Below are positions 10,281-28,584 of a stretch of DNA of 64,000 bases, piece after piece. The stretch spans positions 62,001 through 126,000 of the forward strand of contig NW_005201984.1 in the NCBI RefSeq assembly GCF_000372725.1. The letters run 5' to 3'. The first letter of the stretch is position 1, and every line of letters starts with the position of its first letter. Under the pieces are notes generated by a model. It was not told the DNA's origin and searched no databases. It saw only the letters and a program-made list of their open reading frames with translations. Source of the DNA: Emiliania huxleyi CCMP1516. Its lineage: Eukaryota. The translations under genes were made by a program, and so were the position numbers.

Positions 10281-11897
10281 ATGGACGTCTTTGAGTGCGG
10301 GTTGCTCGTCTCCTGCATGATCATAGCAGCCCTCGCCGTAAGGGCGCGGCAGGAGACCGGCAAGAAGACCGTCTCGTCGGCCGAGTTCAGCCGCTTCCAG
10401 CGCGGCTTCATGAGCGTGTACTACATCGCGATGACGGCCGACTGGCTGCAGGGGCCCTACGTGTACGCGCTGTACTCTTCGTACGGCTTCTCCAAGCACA
10501 ACATCGCCGTGCTCTTCATCGGCGGGTTCGGCGCCTCGATGGTCTTTGGGACCTTCGCGGGTGTCCTCTCTGACAGGCTCGGAAGAAAGCGCTCCTGCAT
10601 GGCGTACTGCTTCCTGTACATTGTGTCCTGCGTGACCAAGCACGCTCGGGACTACAACACGCTGATGCTGGGTAGGGTGACGGGCGGCATTGCCACCTCG
10701 CTCCTCTTCTCCGCCTTTGAGTCGTGGCTCGTCTGCGAGCACAATGCGCGCGGCTTCGATACGTCGCTGCTGTCAGACACCTTCTCGCTGATGTACTTTG
10801 GGAACTCGCTGTGCGCCATCGTGGCGGGCATCGTCGCGCAGTTTGCCGCGGACGGCATCCCGCTCACGCCCTTCGGCTACGGCTATTGGCACTACGGCGG
10901 GTACTGCACTCCCTTCGACCTCTCGCTCATCTGCCTGGTCGTCGTGCTGCTGATCATCGCGCCGCGGTGGAGCGAGAACTTTGGCGAGCCCGCCGACAGC
11001 AAGGGGAACAGCAAGGTGGGCGGCGGGCTGTACTCCCAGTTGATGAGCTCGAAGATCTGGCTCTGCGGCGCCGTCGTCTCCTTCTTCGAGGGCTCGATGC
11101 AGCCGCCTCCCCGACGCAGGCCTCTGTCCGGTCGGCCGCCGCTCCCCACGCGCCTCGCGGACGGGCGTAGGTACATCTTTGTCTTCAATTGGACGCCGAG
11201 CTTCTCCGGTGGCGACAAGTCGCCTCCGTACGGCCTCATCTTCGCCTCCTTCATGGTCGCGTGCATGGGCGGCTCCTCCCTCTTCGCCATCCTCTCCCGC
11301 CATATGTCGCCCGACGCGGTGAGCCGCTCGCGCCCGATCGCCCCACCCCTCTCTCCTCGGTCCTCGTGCGAGCTCGCACCCCCTGTCAGGTGATCTGCCG
11401 GCTTACTCTCGTCGGTGCGGTGGCGCTCGCCGTCCCGATGTACAGCAGGAGCAAGGAGGCGACCCTCGCCTCGTTCCTCGTCTTCGAGGGTTGTGTTGGC
11501 CTCTACTGGCCCGCCATCGGGACGGTCAAGTCGCGGCTAGTTCCGGAGGAGGTACGGGCTACCGTGTACAACCTCTTCCGCGTCCCGCTCAACGGCGTGG
11601 TGGTCACGGTGCTGCTCAACAACATGGACTCCGTCACGGCCTTCTTCTTCTGCTCGCTCATGCTGCTCGCCGCCTTCCTCGCCTCGCTGGCGCGCACCGG
11701 CCACGGCCCTCCCACCGGCCGCCGCAGCCGTGGCCCGACTGCAGCGGGGATCGCGCGCCCCCAATCAGGTGCTCATGGTCGTGAGCCCGGCCAGCGCGTC
11801 GAACGCGCCCCGCCGCTCGAGCACAGACGAGCTGGAGCCGATGCGCAAGGACAGCTCGTCGGAAAAATTGAAAGGCGAGAGCCCAGAGTCCCCTTAG
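10281..11897 (+). CDS. MFSD5: MFS molybdate-anion transporter (MOT2/MFSD5, DUF791), multi-exon
   Basis: ADWLQGPYVYALY, GRVTGGIATSLLFSAFESW, FFEGSM/YIFVFNWTP, RATVYNLFRVPLN. Confidence 0.92.
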
Positions 11898-12036
11898 GGA
11901 GCGTTGGAAGTGCTGTGTGTGGCTCTCCAGAGGGCAAGGGCACAAGTGCGCTGGGAAAATTCTTTTTCGCCACGCAGTGTAGTTCAGTGTGTCGGAGATC
12001 TCGCCCCACGCGGACACCACGGACGACGGTGACCTC

Positions 12037-18031
<5,995 letters not shown>

Positions 18032-18922
18032 GCGCTCACCGAGAAGCTCCGCCGCGACGATTTTGGAGCCGTCCCATCCTTTGACACTTTCCTCAGCGCG
18101 CCGTGACGCGCGACTTAGCCCGTGCTCCGCCTCGGCGCTGGGCTCGGTGTGAGAGAGATCGGAGAGCAAAAAGAGACCCCGAAGCCGACGCCGCGGACAC
18201 CCCGGGGCGACAGGATTGCGTGGTTCGCGCAGTTTAAACTCTCTCGAGGCACCCGCCCCGCGGCGCGCTCTCGCCGGGCCACTACTCGACCGCCAGAGCG
18301 GACACATTGCATACCGCACCAATCTCCAGATCGGGGCGATATCGTATCGCCGCACGCCGGCGTACGCGAAGCCTGTGTTATAAGATATTTATACGGCGTC
18401 TACTTGCAAGGCTCGGTGTGTGAAGATCTGGCTTCCTTCCAACGTGCAACGAGGTGTCAAATCTCAATCCCAGCAGGGACCACCTGGCTTCTCCACCACG
18501 AGCCACGACGCTCGACGCGGATGATCGCCGTCGTTCGTTCTACGTTCATTCAGCCTGTCCGCGCGTGTGTCGGCGCGACGTGCGACGTGCGACGACCGCC
18601 GCCCGGAGCGGACTGCAGACACGGTCTGCGCTGGGGAGCGACAGCGATAGCTTATTATCGGGTGCGAATCGCTTACGTTGTTTGCTTCCGATGGCGACCA
18701 CTGGCGGTGGAAAGAAATGTTTCCTTCGCCCGCCGGCCGACGTGGGTACGCCCGTCGCGCCCGTCGCCCCCTTCGCACCCGGCCCGCGCCCCTGGAGAAG
18801 CTGTGTCCGCTGTCAATTTGCACCGAACCCAACCCGGCGAAAGGCTTGAGAGACTTTGCCGAGTCCGGAAATTTGCTGTTCGGTCTCAACGGCCACGCGT
18901 CGCGCGGTCGCCTCTCCATCCC

Positions 18923-19849
18923 ATGGACCCGACAGCCGGAAGGGGCTCTGCCAACGCGAGCCGCCCGGCCGCCATCCTTGTCTTTGCGCCGCACAAGACC
19001 GGGTCGACCTTCCTCGTGGCTCTGCTGCACGACCTCGCCGACGCGCTCGGGCTCTGCTTCTACTCGGACAACGCCGCCTTTCTATACCGGCCAAAGGACC
19101 GGCGCAAGTGCGCCGCGCCTAGCTGTGGCCACCTCGAGATGCAGCAGCGGCTCTACGGGCGGGGAGACAGAGGCTGGGGCGAGTGCACCACCTTTGTGAG
19201 CGCGAGGCTTGCGGCGGCCTCCTCCTGCGCGAGCCGGCCTCGCTGCTCGGCGCCGCGAGGGTTGGTGTGGGGCCCCCTCCGGCTGCCGGGCGAGATGCGC
19301 ACCGCCATGGGCCTCCTGCGCGGGGACGGCCCGTGGCGATGGTACGTTCTCCTCCACCAGCGCCACCCACTCGACGCCCTCGTCTCCGCCTACCACTCCT
19401 TTGGCTGGAGCCACCCGGCGGCGCCCGAGGCGAGCAGTGCGCAGAGACGGCGGCACACGGCGAGGCAGGCGGCGGTGCGCAACCAGAGCGTGGACGAGTA
19501 CGTGCTGGCCAACGCGCCGCTGATGCGTGCCAAGTATGCAGCCTATGCCGAGCTGCTCGCCGCTCCGCGCGGCACTCTGCTGCTCCGGTCGCGGTACGAG
19601 GACATGGTTGCATTCTTCTCGCAGTGGCTTGCGCAGCTGCTCGCGCCGCTCGAGGCGAGCTTCTCCGCCGGCGCCCGCGCCGCGCTGCTCGAGCGGCTGC
19701 GCCGGCGTCACCGCGGTGCCTTCGCGCCCAGCGGAGGACACAAGCGTTCGGTGGCGCCCGGGGCGTTTGTGCGGGAGCTGCGACCAGCCACCATCGCGGC
19801 GGCGATGGAGCAGAACGGGGACTGGTTTGCGCCGCTCGGGTACGTCTAG
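18923..19849 (+). CDS. PAPS-dependent sulfotransferase family protein
   Basis: 5'-PSB-like HKTGSTF, 3'-PB-like RHPLDALVSAYH, RYEDMV, C-terminal HKRSVAPGAF (RKGxxG-like). Confidence 0.75.
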   Translation: MDPTAGRGSANASRPAAILVFAPHKTGSTFLVALLHDLADALGLCFYSDNAAFLYRPKDRRKCAAPSCGHLEMQQRLYGRGDRGWGECTTFVSARLAAASSCASRPRCSAPRGLVWGPLRLPGEMRTAMGLLRGDGPWRWYVLLHQRHPLDALVSAYHSFGWSHPAAPEASSAQRRRHTARQAAVRNQSVDEYVLANAPLMRAKYAAYAELLAAPRGTLLLRSRYEDMVAFFSQWLAQLLAPLEASFSAGARAALLERLRRRHRGAFAPSGGHKRSVAPGAFVRELRPATIAAAMEQNGDWFAPLGYV

Positions 19850-20185
19850 TCTTTGCACGTCCACCCAAAAATAAAGCCTCAATGCGCTGAGATCTGAGAG
19901 TGAGACACCGCCCTCGGGCTCTCTCCGCCACTCCGCGAGATCGATATCTCTGCGTGTGGGTACCCGTGTCTGCGAGGCCCGCGCGCGCCGGGGCGCCGCC
20001 CGCACCGCGTCCGCGACACGCTCACACCCACATGCGCGGACTCACACCTGACACCTCATTATGACCTGAGGTCACCTCTACACACTTTCTGACACGGCGC
20101 AGCGGCGGCATGGATCCGTAGCACACAGAAAAAGGACACACTCCATCTGAGATCCCGACGCACCCGACGGCGGCCGGCACACGGA

Positions 20186-21162
20186 TCACATCCCCGTCTG
20201 CTGTGACAGGAACAGGCCGAGAAAGCACAGAAAGTCCGCCGACTGCGTGGCCATGAAGGCGGAGCCGCGAGCCCAGAGGATCACCTTTGAGCCTGCCGCG
20301 CCCGGCGCCACGTTCGTCTCCGGCTCGTACTCCTCGCCGTCCGCACCGCGGTACCTCGTCCCTGGCGGCGTCGGGAGCCGTCCGCGGAGGTCTTGCCATG
20401 CGCATTGACAAACGACGAGGGGAACGCCCAGTACCCGCCGCCGGGAGGACCGCCGTCCCCACCCGCGGTCGCAACATCTTGCGAGGCGGGCATGAAGGCC
20501 GTAGTCGGCGCGAATCCGGTGCGGCGGCATAGGCCGCAGCAGCCGCGTTGGTACGACACACAGCAGCGCCATGCGATCGGAAAGGAGGAGCATGTCGGTC
20601 AAGCTTCGAACGGTGGCGGCAAATTCGTTGGGTCCGTACGGAGGCGTCATGTCGTCGTAGCCCGGCGCGTCGGCAGCGGGGAGAGGGAAGAGCCACGGGA
20701 GGTGCGCGTCCTCCGTGCCCGCGGCCATGATCCGCTGCATCCAGAAGTTCAGCGAGTTGATTCGGTCAGCGGGCGGTTTGCAGCAGGCGCAGCAGCAGTC
20801 GCAGACTTTGAGCGGGAAGCAGCAGGTGCAGAGGCCGCACGGGCACCAGGAAGGCGAGATGAAGCGCCTCCCGACCTCGCTGCTGGCGCAGCAGGCGTTG
20901 TAGGACAGCGAGCAGCACAAATTCCTCGTAGGGCAGCAGACCGGAAGCGGTGTGCAAAACGCGTAGTATGCGTCGCGAGGCCAGGTGGGAGACCGGTTGC
21001 AGAGACCCACGCCAGAACCGGCGGCAAAGAACGCCTCGGCCTCGGGTAGTTCAAAACTGGTTCGCGGAGCTGCGGGCGCTGTCTGCGGGCCGTTGTTGCG
21101 CGTCATGCTCTCCGGGCGAGGTCGCGAGGAGCAGCGGGGATGCCATGAGCGGCACGCTGTCG
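20186..21162 (-). CDS. Cys-rich hypothetical protein, possibly a truncated alpha/beta hydrolase-like gene
   Basis: Long ORF with CC-rich tract; VILWARGSAF...SQQTG weakly resembles the HGGxF region of HSL-type hydrolases; start and end uncertain. Confidence 0.35.
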
Positions 21163-21538
21163 CTCCATGTAGAGCGCGCTTGGCGGCGGCATGCAAGGCT
21201 TCTTGTGGTGCTGCCCCGTCATGGGCCGCGCTGTCCTCGGCCGCGGGCAGCGAGTAACGTGTACTCGAGTAGGAACGCGCGGCCCAAAGGAAGCCCCAGG
21301 CCCAGCGAAAGGCCGGAATTCTTTCTGCACAATTATCGATAATTAACGGCCCCACGATTTCTAGCTAATTATGAACAGCTCGCTATCTATAAAGGAGCAC
21401 CTTGGATCGAGGCAATCTCCAAGAACTGTGAAAAAAGAAACAAAACGCCCGGCCGCCACGGGCGCCCCAGCGCAGCTGTGAGCGCTGTCAGAGCGGTGTT
21501 TCGACACCGATATCGTTCAAGGAGCCTTTTGTGTGTGT

Positions 21539-24021
21539 ATGACGCTCCACGCCGCTGAGCTCGTTCTGTGCGATCGTGGTGGTCGCGAGCGCAGCGCGCT
21601 GCTCTGCGCCCGATGTGCGCGCCCATGTGGATTGCTGATCGATGACATTGCGCTCGCGACTGGCACGAGCCGCGAAAGAATCCGGAGAGAGCACAGGGCG
21701 CTGAGAGCACAGGGCGTTGAAGGTGCCTGCTGGTGTGACGTCTCGCCGCGGTGTGTCGACGCGTATTGCTCTGTAGCGTGCCGCGAGGCGCACAGGCCAG
21801 CGCACGCGCTGCTGTGCCCCGGAGGATGCAGCAGCGGCGACCCTCTGTACGAGCTGGACAGCCTCGCTGAGCGTCACCCGAGCGATGCGCTCTTCATCGC
21901 CGCCGCGCTCGTTGCTACCGCCGTGGCGGAGGGCAGACCCGCCTCCTGGCTGGAGGCGTGGGCGGACGACAGCTTTGTCTGCTCATCCGGCGGATCGCGG
22001 TGGGCCGACGGCGGCGAGGGGGAGGGGGAGGGCAGTGAGGACGAGGAGCCTGACTGCGCTGCAGAGGAGGGGTGGGCTCTGCTGCACACCGGAGTCCTCT
22101 CCCGGCTTCCGGCGGAGGCCCGCGCGTTGGCGGCTCCTCTCCTCGACCCGGGCCTCTTCGCGCGGCTGCTCGCCGCTGTCGAGCGGCGCGTCTTGCCGCT
22201 GCAGGTGGCGAACCCGCTCTCGGCGCGCTGCGAGCGGCTGGCGCAGCTCCCGCCGCGGACAGAAGAGGCGGAGCTGACGGCGCTGCTCGGCGCCGTCCGG
22301 AGGCTGTGGGGCCATCGGGCGCCCGCCGCGCCCCTCCCCTCTCGCCCCGCCCGGCACACGCACCTCTCGCCCCGCCCGGCACACGTGTTGACGTGGCGGC
22401 CGTGCGCACAGGCGGCTGCGGCGGGCGGAGAGGTGCACGAGGCGACGGCGCAGCTCGACGCGCTCCTCGCGCTCGAGGCAGCCGACTCCGAGGACGGCTT
22501 GCCGCCGCACGCAGGCGCAGACGCGCCGGCCGCCGCCGTGACGGCGAGGCGGCTGGTCTGCCTGCTCAGCCAGTGCGCACCGCGCCTCTTCCCCGCCGTG
22601 CGCGTGAGCGCCCTCGCGCGGCACCTCTCCCGCGCCGCCCGGCAGAGCACAAGACGCGCGCCTCCCCTCACGCCTCTCAGCGCGGGCGCGTCGTAGGCAG
22701 ACGCTCCGCGTGTCGCACTCGTGCCTGCCTCGCTCGCAGCTGCAGCTCGAGCCGCACGCGGACGCGCCGCCCGCGATGCCACGTGCGCCGCCGCCCGCTC
22801 GGAGCCGCCGCCCGCCGCCTGCGGGACCCCGCCCGCCCGTCCCACCTCCGCCGCTGGCGACGGGTAGGCGCCAGGCTCGTGCCGTTGCGGCCTCTGGCGG
22901 CGGCCGAGGAGCCGCCGTCGCTCGCGTGGGTGCCGACGGCGAACGCCTCTCTCGAGGAGCGCGCCGCAGCGCTGCGCGCCCGTTTCGGCGCCTCCTTTGC
23001 TTGCGCGTGCGAGCGGTGCAGCTACGAGGCGAGGGGCGGCTCTGTGGGTGCTCCGCTGGTTGCGCTGGCGCGCGACGCGATGGAGGACGGGCGGCTCGCG
23101 GCGGCGACGGCGATGCTGCGAGCCCGCGTGTCTGCGTGTCGCACCGACGGCGACGCGTGGATGCTGCTGGGCACTGCCCTCCTCGGCAGCGAGAGGTGGA
23201 CAGCGGCGCACGAGGCGTGGCGCGCCGGCGCGGAGCTGGCGCCGCACCACGCCCTGCTGGGCAGGCAGTGCCGCAAGGACCGCAGCTACCGCGCGGACGG
23301 GGTGGCAGCCGCGGCCGGCGGGGCGGAGGGGGCAGCGCCGTGCGAGGTGCACGCGCTGGCCGGCGGCGGGCCGGCGTGCAAGGTGGTGGTGAGCCGCTCG
23401 CCGCTCTTCTCGGCGGTCGAGTGCGAGCGCGCGGTTGCGGCCGCCGAGGCGCACGCTGCCAAGTCGGGCGGCTGGACGACGTCGCGCCACCGCGCCGTCC
23501 CAACCACCGACGTGCCGGTGCACGAGGTGCCGGAGCTGCTCCGCTGGTTCAACCACGCGATGGCGGGCCGGATCGCGCCGCTGCTCGCCGCGCAGTTCCG
23601 CGTGGCCGCCGCCGACATCCGCGTGCACGACGCGTTCCTCGTGCGCTACAGCGCGAGCGGCGGGCAGGCGCACCTCCCACTCCACACGGACGAGTCGGTG
23701 CTCAGCCTGACCGTCGTCCTGAACGACGAGTTCGAGGGCGGAGGCACTTTCTTCGCCGACCTCCGCCGCTCGCTCTCCCCGCCGGTCGGCCACCTCGTGG
23801 CGTTCCACGGGCGGGCGCTGCACGGCGGAGAGCCGATCGTGAGCGGCGTGCGCTACATCGTCGCGGCCTTCCTCTACGTGGCGGTCGAGGAGCCGGCGGC
23901 GGCGCCGCCGCTTCCGGAGCTCTTTGCCGGCTGCAAGCGGGCGCGGCGCGACCGCGGCGACGACGCGATGCCGGCCGGCGGCGGCGGCGGCGAGGCCGAG
24001 ACCTTCTGTTTTGGATTTTAA
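21539..24021 (+). CDS. SMYD-like SET/MYND plus TPR plus 2OG-Fe(II) oxygenase fusion protein, multi-exon
   Basis: MYND CxxC...YCSVACREAH..H..LC; SHSCLP (NHSCxP-like); post-SET FACACERC; TPR DAWMLLGTAL; FLVRY, LHTD, EFEGGGTFF, LHGG, RYIV. Confidence 0.8.
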
Positions 24022-24173
24022 GGTAGGCAAGGAAGTTGAAAGAAATAAAGAAAACAAGAGAAAGAGGGATGGGAGGACGGCGCACGACGATAAAAAGAAA
24101 TTTTTGGTTCGCTTTTGCCGCGAAGGGCAGCTCGGAGCTCGGCGAAGGTACCGGCCGATCGCCGTTCGCCCCC

Positions 24174-26153
24174 ATGGTGCAGTTCACCTACCGAGACCTC
24201 GTGATCTCGCTGCCATCCGGCGTCAACGCCACCGTCACCGACGAGGGCGTGCTCGAGATACGGGGCCTCTCTCGGGCCGCTCCGATCCGGATGAAGCCGT
24301 GCGACGACGAAAGAGCGATCAGCTCTTCATGCACTCCCAGCGAGCGTCCGTTGCCGGCAAGCGGCACCCTGCACAAGCGCGCGCGCACAACCGCACCTTT
24401 GGGCTGCGGTAGCGTGCCGCTCTCGAGCGTCGACGGCGGCGACATGAACGAGAGTGCGTCCTGTGGAAAGGCGGTGGAGCCGACCGTCTACCCCAACGGC
24501 GGGTGCAGCGACAGCGACGAGGAGTGCGGAGGCGGCGAGCAAGCACACGACGGGTGCCCCTCCGATGACGACGAGCACCCCGCGGCGGTGACCAGCCAGG
24601 GGCTGTGGAATGCGGCCAAGGCGGTGTTGGACGAAGGTGCGGAGAAGGCCGAGGTGCCGCCGCCGGTGCTGCCGCCGACGGCCTCGTTGCACGCCTTCCC
24701 CTTCCCTCCCGAGGCACCGCTGCGGCGGTGGGAGTGGCGCCCGGTGGAGACGACCGGCCCAACGCCGCCCGCCCGCTGGGCGCACTGCGCCGCTGCTCTC
24801 GGAGGCAAGATGCTCGTGTACGGCGGCGAGGCCCTCTCCGCAGCGGGCGCCGACGGCCCGCCGCAGCTGAGCGACCTGCACGCGTTTGACGCCGCCAGCG
24901 GCGAGTGGAGGCGCTGCCAGGACGCGCCGCACGGCCGCGCGTGGCACACGGGCACCGTGGTGCGCGGCTCGCTCGACGGCTCGTCGGACATCTTCCTTGT
25001 CTTCGGTGGCGAGGCGGCACGTCCGGCGGGCGGAGCCAAGGGCAAGGCCGCGGCGGGAGGCAAGCCGCAGTCGCTCTCCTCGATGCTCTCGTACGACCCG
25101 GAGTTTGAGGCGCACAGGGCTTGGGAGGGCCCGGCCCTCGCCCCGCGCGAGGTGGTGTCACCTCGCCTTGCAACCTCGTCTCCCACTCCGCCTAGGTCTG
25201 GTACGAGGCGGTGGACCGGGGCCACAGGCCCTCCGCCCGGTCCGGCCACGCCGCCTGCCTGCACGAGCAAAACGACGCCTCGCGCCTCCTCGTCTGGGGC
25301 GGCTTCTCCCACTCCTCGCGCCGCTTCCTCGAGCCGGCGCGGCAAAGCCACGGCCAAGACACGTCCGGACCCGCGACGCGACACGCCGCCACACACGGCT
25401 CCGCCAGACACGCGCCGCCCAGCACCGGCTGGCCGTCGTGGAGAGAGCGGCCGACGCCTGCCTGCCACCCCTTCCCGCGGCTGCAGGAGCTGCACGAGCT
25501 CGCCCCCTCACATTAATTAACTATTAATTAACTATTAATTAACAGGAGCTGCACGAGCTCGTCCCCACCAACGACTGGGCGTGGCGGCGCCCCCTCACAG
25601 CAGGCCGCCCGCCCGCCGGCTGCGCCTACGCCTCCGCGACGCGCCTCTCCGGCGGGCGCGTCCTCTTCTTCGGAGGCAACGACGCCGAGTGCTCCTTCGC
25701 GCAGCCGCACCTGCTCGACCTCGCCACGATGGAGTGGACCTCGCCCGCCGCGAGCGGGGAGGTGCCTCGGCCGCGCACCGGCCACGCCGCCGTCTGCCTC
25801 GACGGCGAGCGCGTGCTCGTGTACGGCGGCTGGGACTACACCGCCGACGGGGAGGGGTTCGACTTCCGCGACGACGCGGCCATCCTCGACACGCGCAGCT
25901 GGTCGTGGAGCGTGCCCTCCATCCAGGGCCCGCCGCCGCCGTGCCGCGTCGGCCACTCCCTCGTCTCGCTGGTGAGAGCCCAACCCACCTCCGACACACT
26001 CGCCACGCCACCATCCGCTCCCTCGCTCACACGTCCGCCGCGTGTCTGCAGCCGACCGCGGGCGACGGCCGAGCGCTCTTCCTCTTCGGAGGCCGCACCG
26101 AGGGCGATCGTGGACTCGGAGACCTCTTCGCCTTGTCGCCGCTCGACCACTAG
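24174..26153 (+). CDS. Kelch-repeat (beta-propeller) protein, multi-exon
   Basis: Repeats ARWAHCAA..VYGG, RAWHTG..VFGG, RSGHAA..VWGG, RTGHAA..VYGG, RVGHSL..LFGG. Confidence 0.85.
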
Positions 26154-26674
26154 CGACTGTGCGCGGGCTGGAAGCACGAGGTCGAAACTAGGCGGGCGGG
26201 CGGGGCGGTTCTGCTCCCAACGGCCACGCGCCACGCCACCCCCCGACCCCCGCGGGTCATGCCCCATGCGAGAGCGAGGCTACAGAGTAGTAAGCAGTGT
26301 ACACGTCGATCTCTAGCCATCTCGCTGGGCTCTCGCCACCTCTCGGGTATCGCTCTCTGGCAACGAGTCATTTTTCATGTTATTTTCGTTTCCTCCCGCT
26401 CTCACTCGCCGCTGTGGGCTCGGTCACACTGTAGACACGCACTGTGATCTGTGTATACAGAAGAGAATACTTCATCATGTCACCATGGACAGGAACGTTG
26501 CGGGGTGTACGTTAGGGTGCGTGTATACACCTACCGTATATTAGAGCCGACCGCAACCACGAGACATGTACAAGCACGTACTGTATCTCTGTGCTCTACC
26601 CGTACGTCATGAGCGCTCATGAGCCCAGGTAGGAGGCTTTGTGGGCACGACCCCCAAGAGGCAAAAGCGCCCCC

Positions 26675-28584
26675 TCACTCTAGGTCGTCCGAAACCTGGC
26701 GCGAGAGGCGCACTACCTCCTCCTCGGACAGCCTCCCCGCTGCCGCCTCGTCCGCCTCTGCGCGCGAGTGCAGCCGGGAGCACTGGTCGGAGGCAGGCGC
26801 CTCCGCGCCGCCGTACAGCACGCAGCAGGGGCCGCACAGGAGGGCCGCGTCGCCGTCGTCGATCTGCAGCGTGATGAGGGCGGCGAGCAGGCTCGAGGCG
26901 GTGGCGGCGGCGAAGCACGCCGCCAAACCCTGCACCGCGTTTGTGCCCGCGAGAAAGCCGAGATCATCGCCGACGTACGTGTAGAGCACGCCCGAGCCAA
27001 GCGTGCCAAGCAGCCGGCCACACGCATTGGCCATGTAATAGAAGCCGACCGAGGCGGCCACCTGGAAAGCGTCACGGGTGGGTGAGACGCTGCTCACACC
27101 GTGTACAAGCCGGCGGGCGGGCGCGTTGGCCTTGTCCGACGCAGCGTAGAGCACAACGAGATACGAGTGGATCGACGAGTTGACGGCGAAGACGAGGGCG
27201 AAGCACGCGATCGTGCCAACGAGGCTGCCGCCAAGCAGCGAGGTGTGCGGCGGCAGGCCTGCGTGCGAGGGTTGGGAGTAGGTGCCAGCATCGGCGCTGG
27301 CCGCCGCCACTACCGCCATGACGAGCGTCGGCAGGCAGTTGACCAACCCCCACAACACCTCGGTCCGCTTATTCGGCGGCGTCTGGCGGAGCGGGCCCGT
27401 CACCAGCTGCGGCGTGTACGCCTGCTACGCAATTATGTACAGCGCAATTATGTACAGTGACTGACGCAATTATGTACAGCGCAAGTAACTGACTGACTCA
27501 CCAACTGGCCGTACGCAATTATGTACAGCGCCAGCAGCGCTCCAACCTGCGTGCGCGACCAGCCCAGCCCGCCGCACCCGCCGCCGGGGTTGAGGTTGGC
27601 GCAAGCGCCCGCCTCGGCGTCGCACGCGGTGCCGCTGCCGCAGTCCGAGTCGTCGGCGCACGGCCTGCCGATGGCGGCGCACGGGGGGCTGCGGAGGAAA
27701 AATGGGAGGGGGACCTCGAACCAGAAGTCGCGCGAGGCGAACAGGAAGAGGCGCGCGAGCGAGAGCCAGTTTAGGTTTGGGTTGGATCGGTCGAAGACGT
27801 CGGAGAGGCGGAGCCGCCCTGGGGACGGCGAGACGCCGAGCTGCGGGTCGAGGCCAAAGTAGGCCATGGGCAGCGCGAGCAGGACGAGGGCCATCATCGC
27901 GCCGAGGGCGAGCCCGTACGAGATGCCGATCAGCCACGAGCCGAGGAAGTAGCCGACGCCCTTGAGCGAGTTCTTCCAGCCTACTCACCGACGCAAGAGT
28001 CGGCACAGCGGCGTGGCCCTCACAGCGTGAGCACCTCGCGCGCCGGTGAGGAGGGAGACGAGCTTGAAGAGCTGCGTCTCCTTTTCTTCGGGTGTCACCA
28101 GCTTTGTCACCGTCTTCCCGCCCAGCTTGGTCAGGTCCTTGGCCACGCCGCCGAAGAGCTGAACGCCAGTGACATAGAGGATGGCCTGGCTCTTGCTCCA
28201 CCCGTCCTCCCAACCAAAGAGGAGGCCGAAGGTCACGATCTGGAGCAGGAGCCCGGTGACCAGCGTGGCGCGGATGCCCCATCGAGCGCCGGCGATTCCA
28301 GCGGCGAGGTTGGTTCCGACGCCTGCAAGCTCATAGAGCACAAACATTAAGGTGACCTCCATCGCCGTGAAGGACTTGCGGTAGGCGTGCAGGAGGACGA
28401 TCATGCGCAGCGCGCCGTCGGTGATGGTGAAGAGGAGATAGGTGGACGAGATGACCACGAATGGGAGGAGCGCGTCTCGCTGCTGCGTGGCCTCCGTTCT
28501 TGCCACCGTTTCGGTGGGCTGAAGGCGACGCCTGCCGAGGCGGATGAGCGGCTCGTCGAGTGAAGTCGGAGCACCGTCGGCCAT
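26675..28584 (-). CDS. arsJ: ArsJ-like organoarsenical efflux MFS transporter, multi-exon
   Basis: FTITDGALRMIVLLH, LYELAGVGTNL, GVAKDLTK, KNSLKGVGYFLG, ARLFLFASRDFWFEVPLP, FAVNSSIHSYL, VGFYYMANACGRLLGT match recalled bacterial ArsJ motifs. Confidence 0.85.

Noticed and set aside
21874..24057. Long antisense and alternative-frame ORFs (also 15074-17086, 44505-46367, 49456-51144, 52880-54604)
   Set aside because: Shadow ORFs caused by stop-codon scarcity in very GC-rich coding DNA
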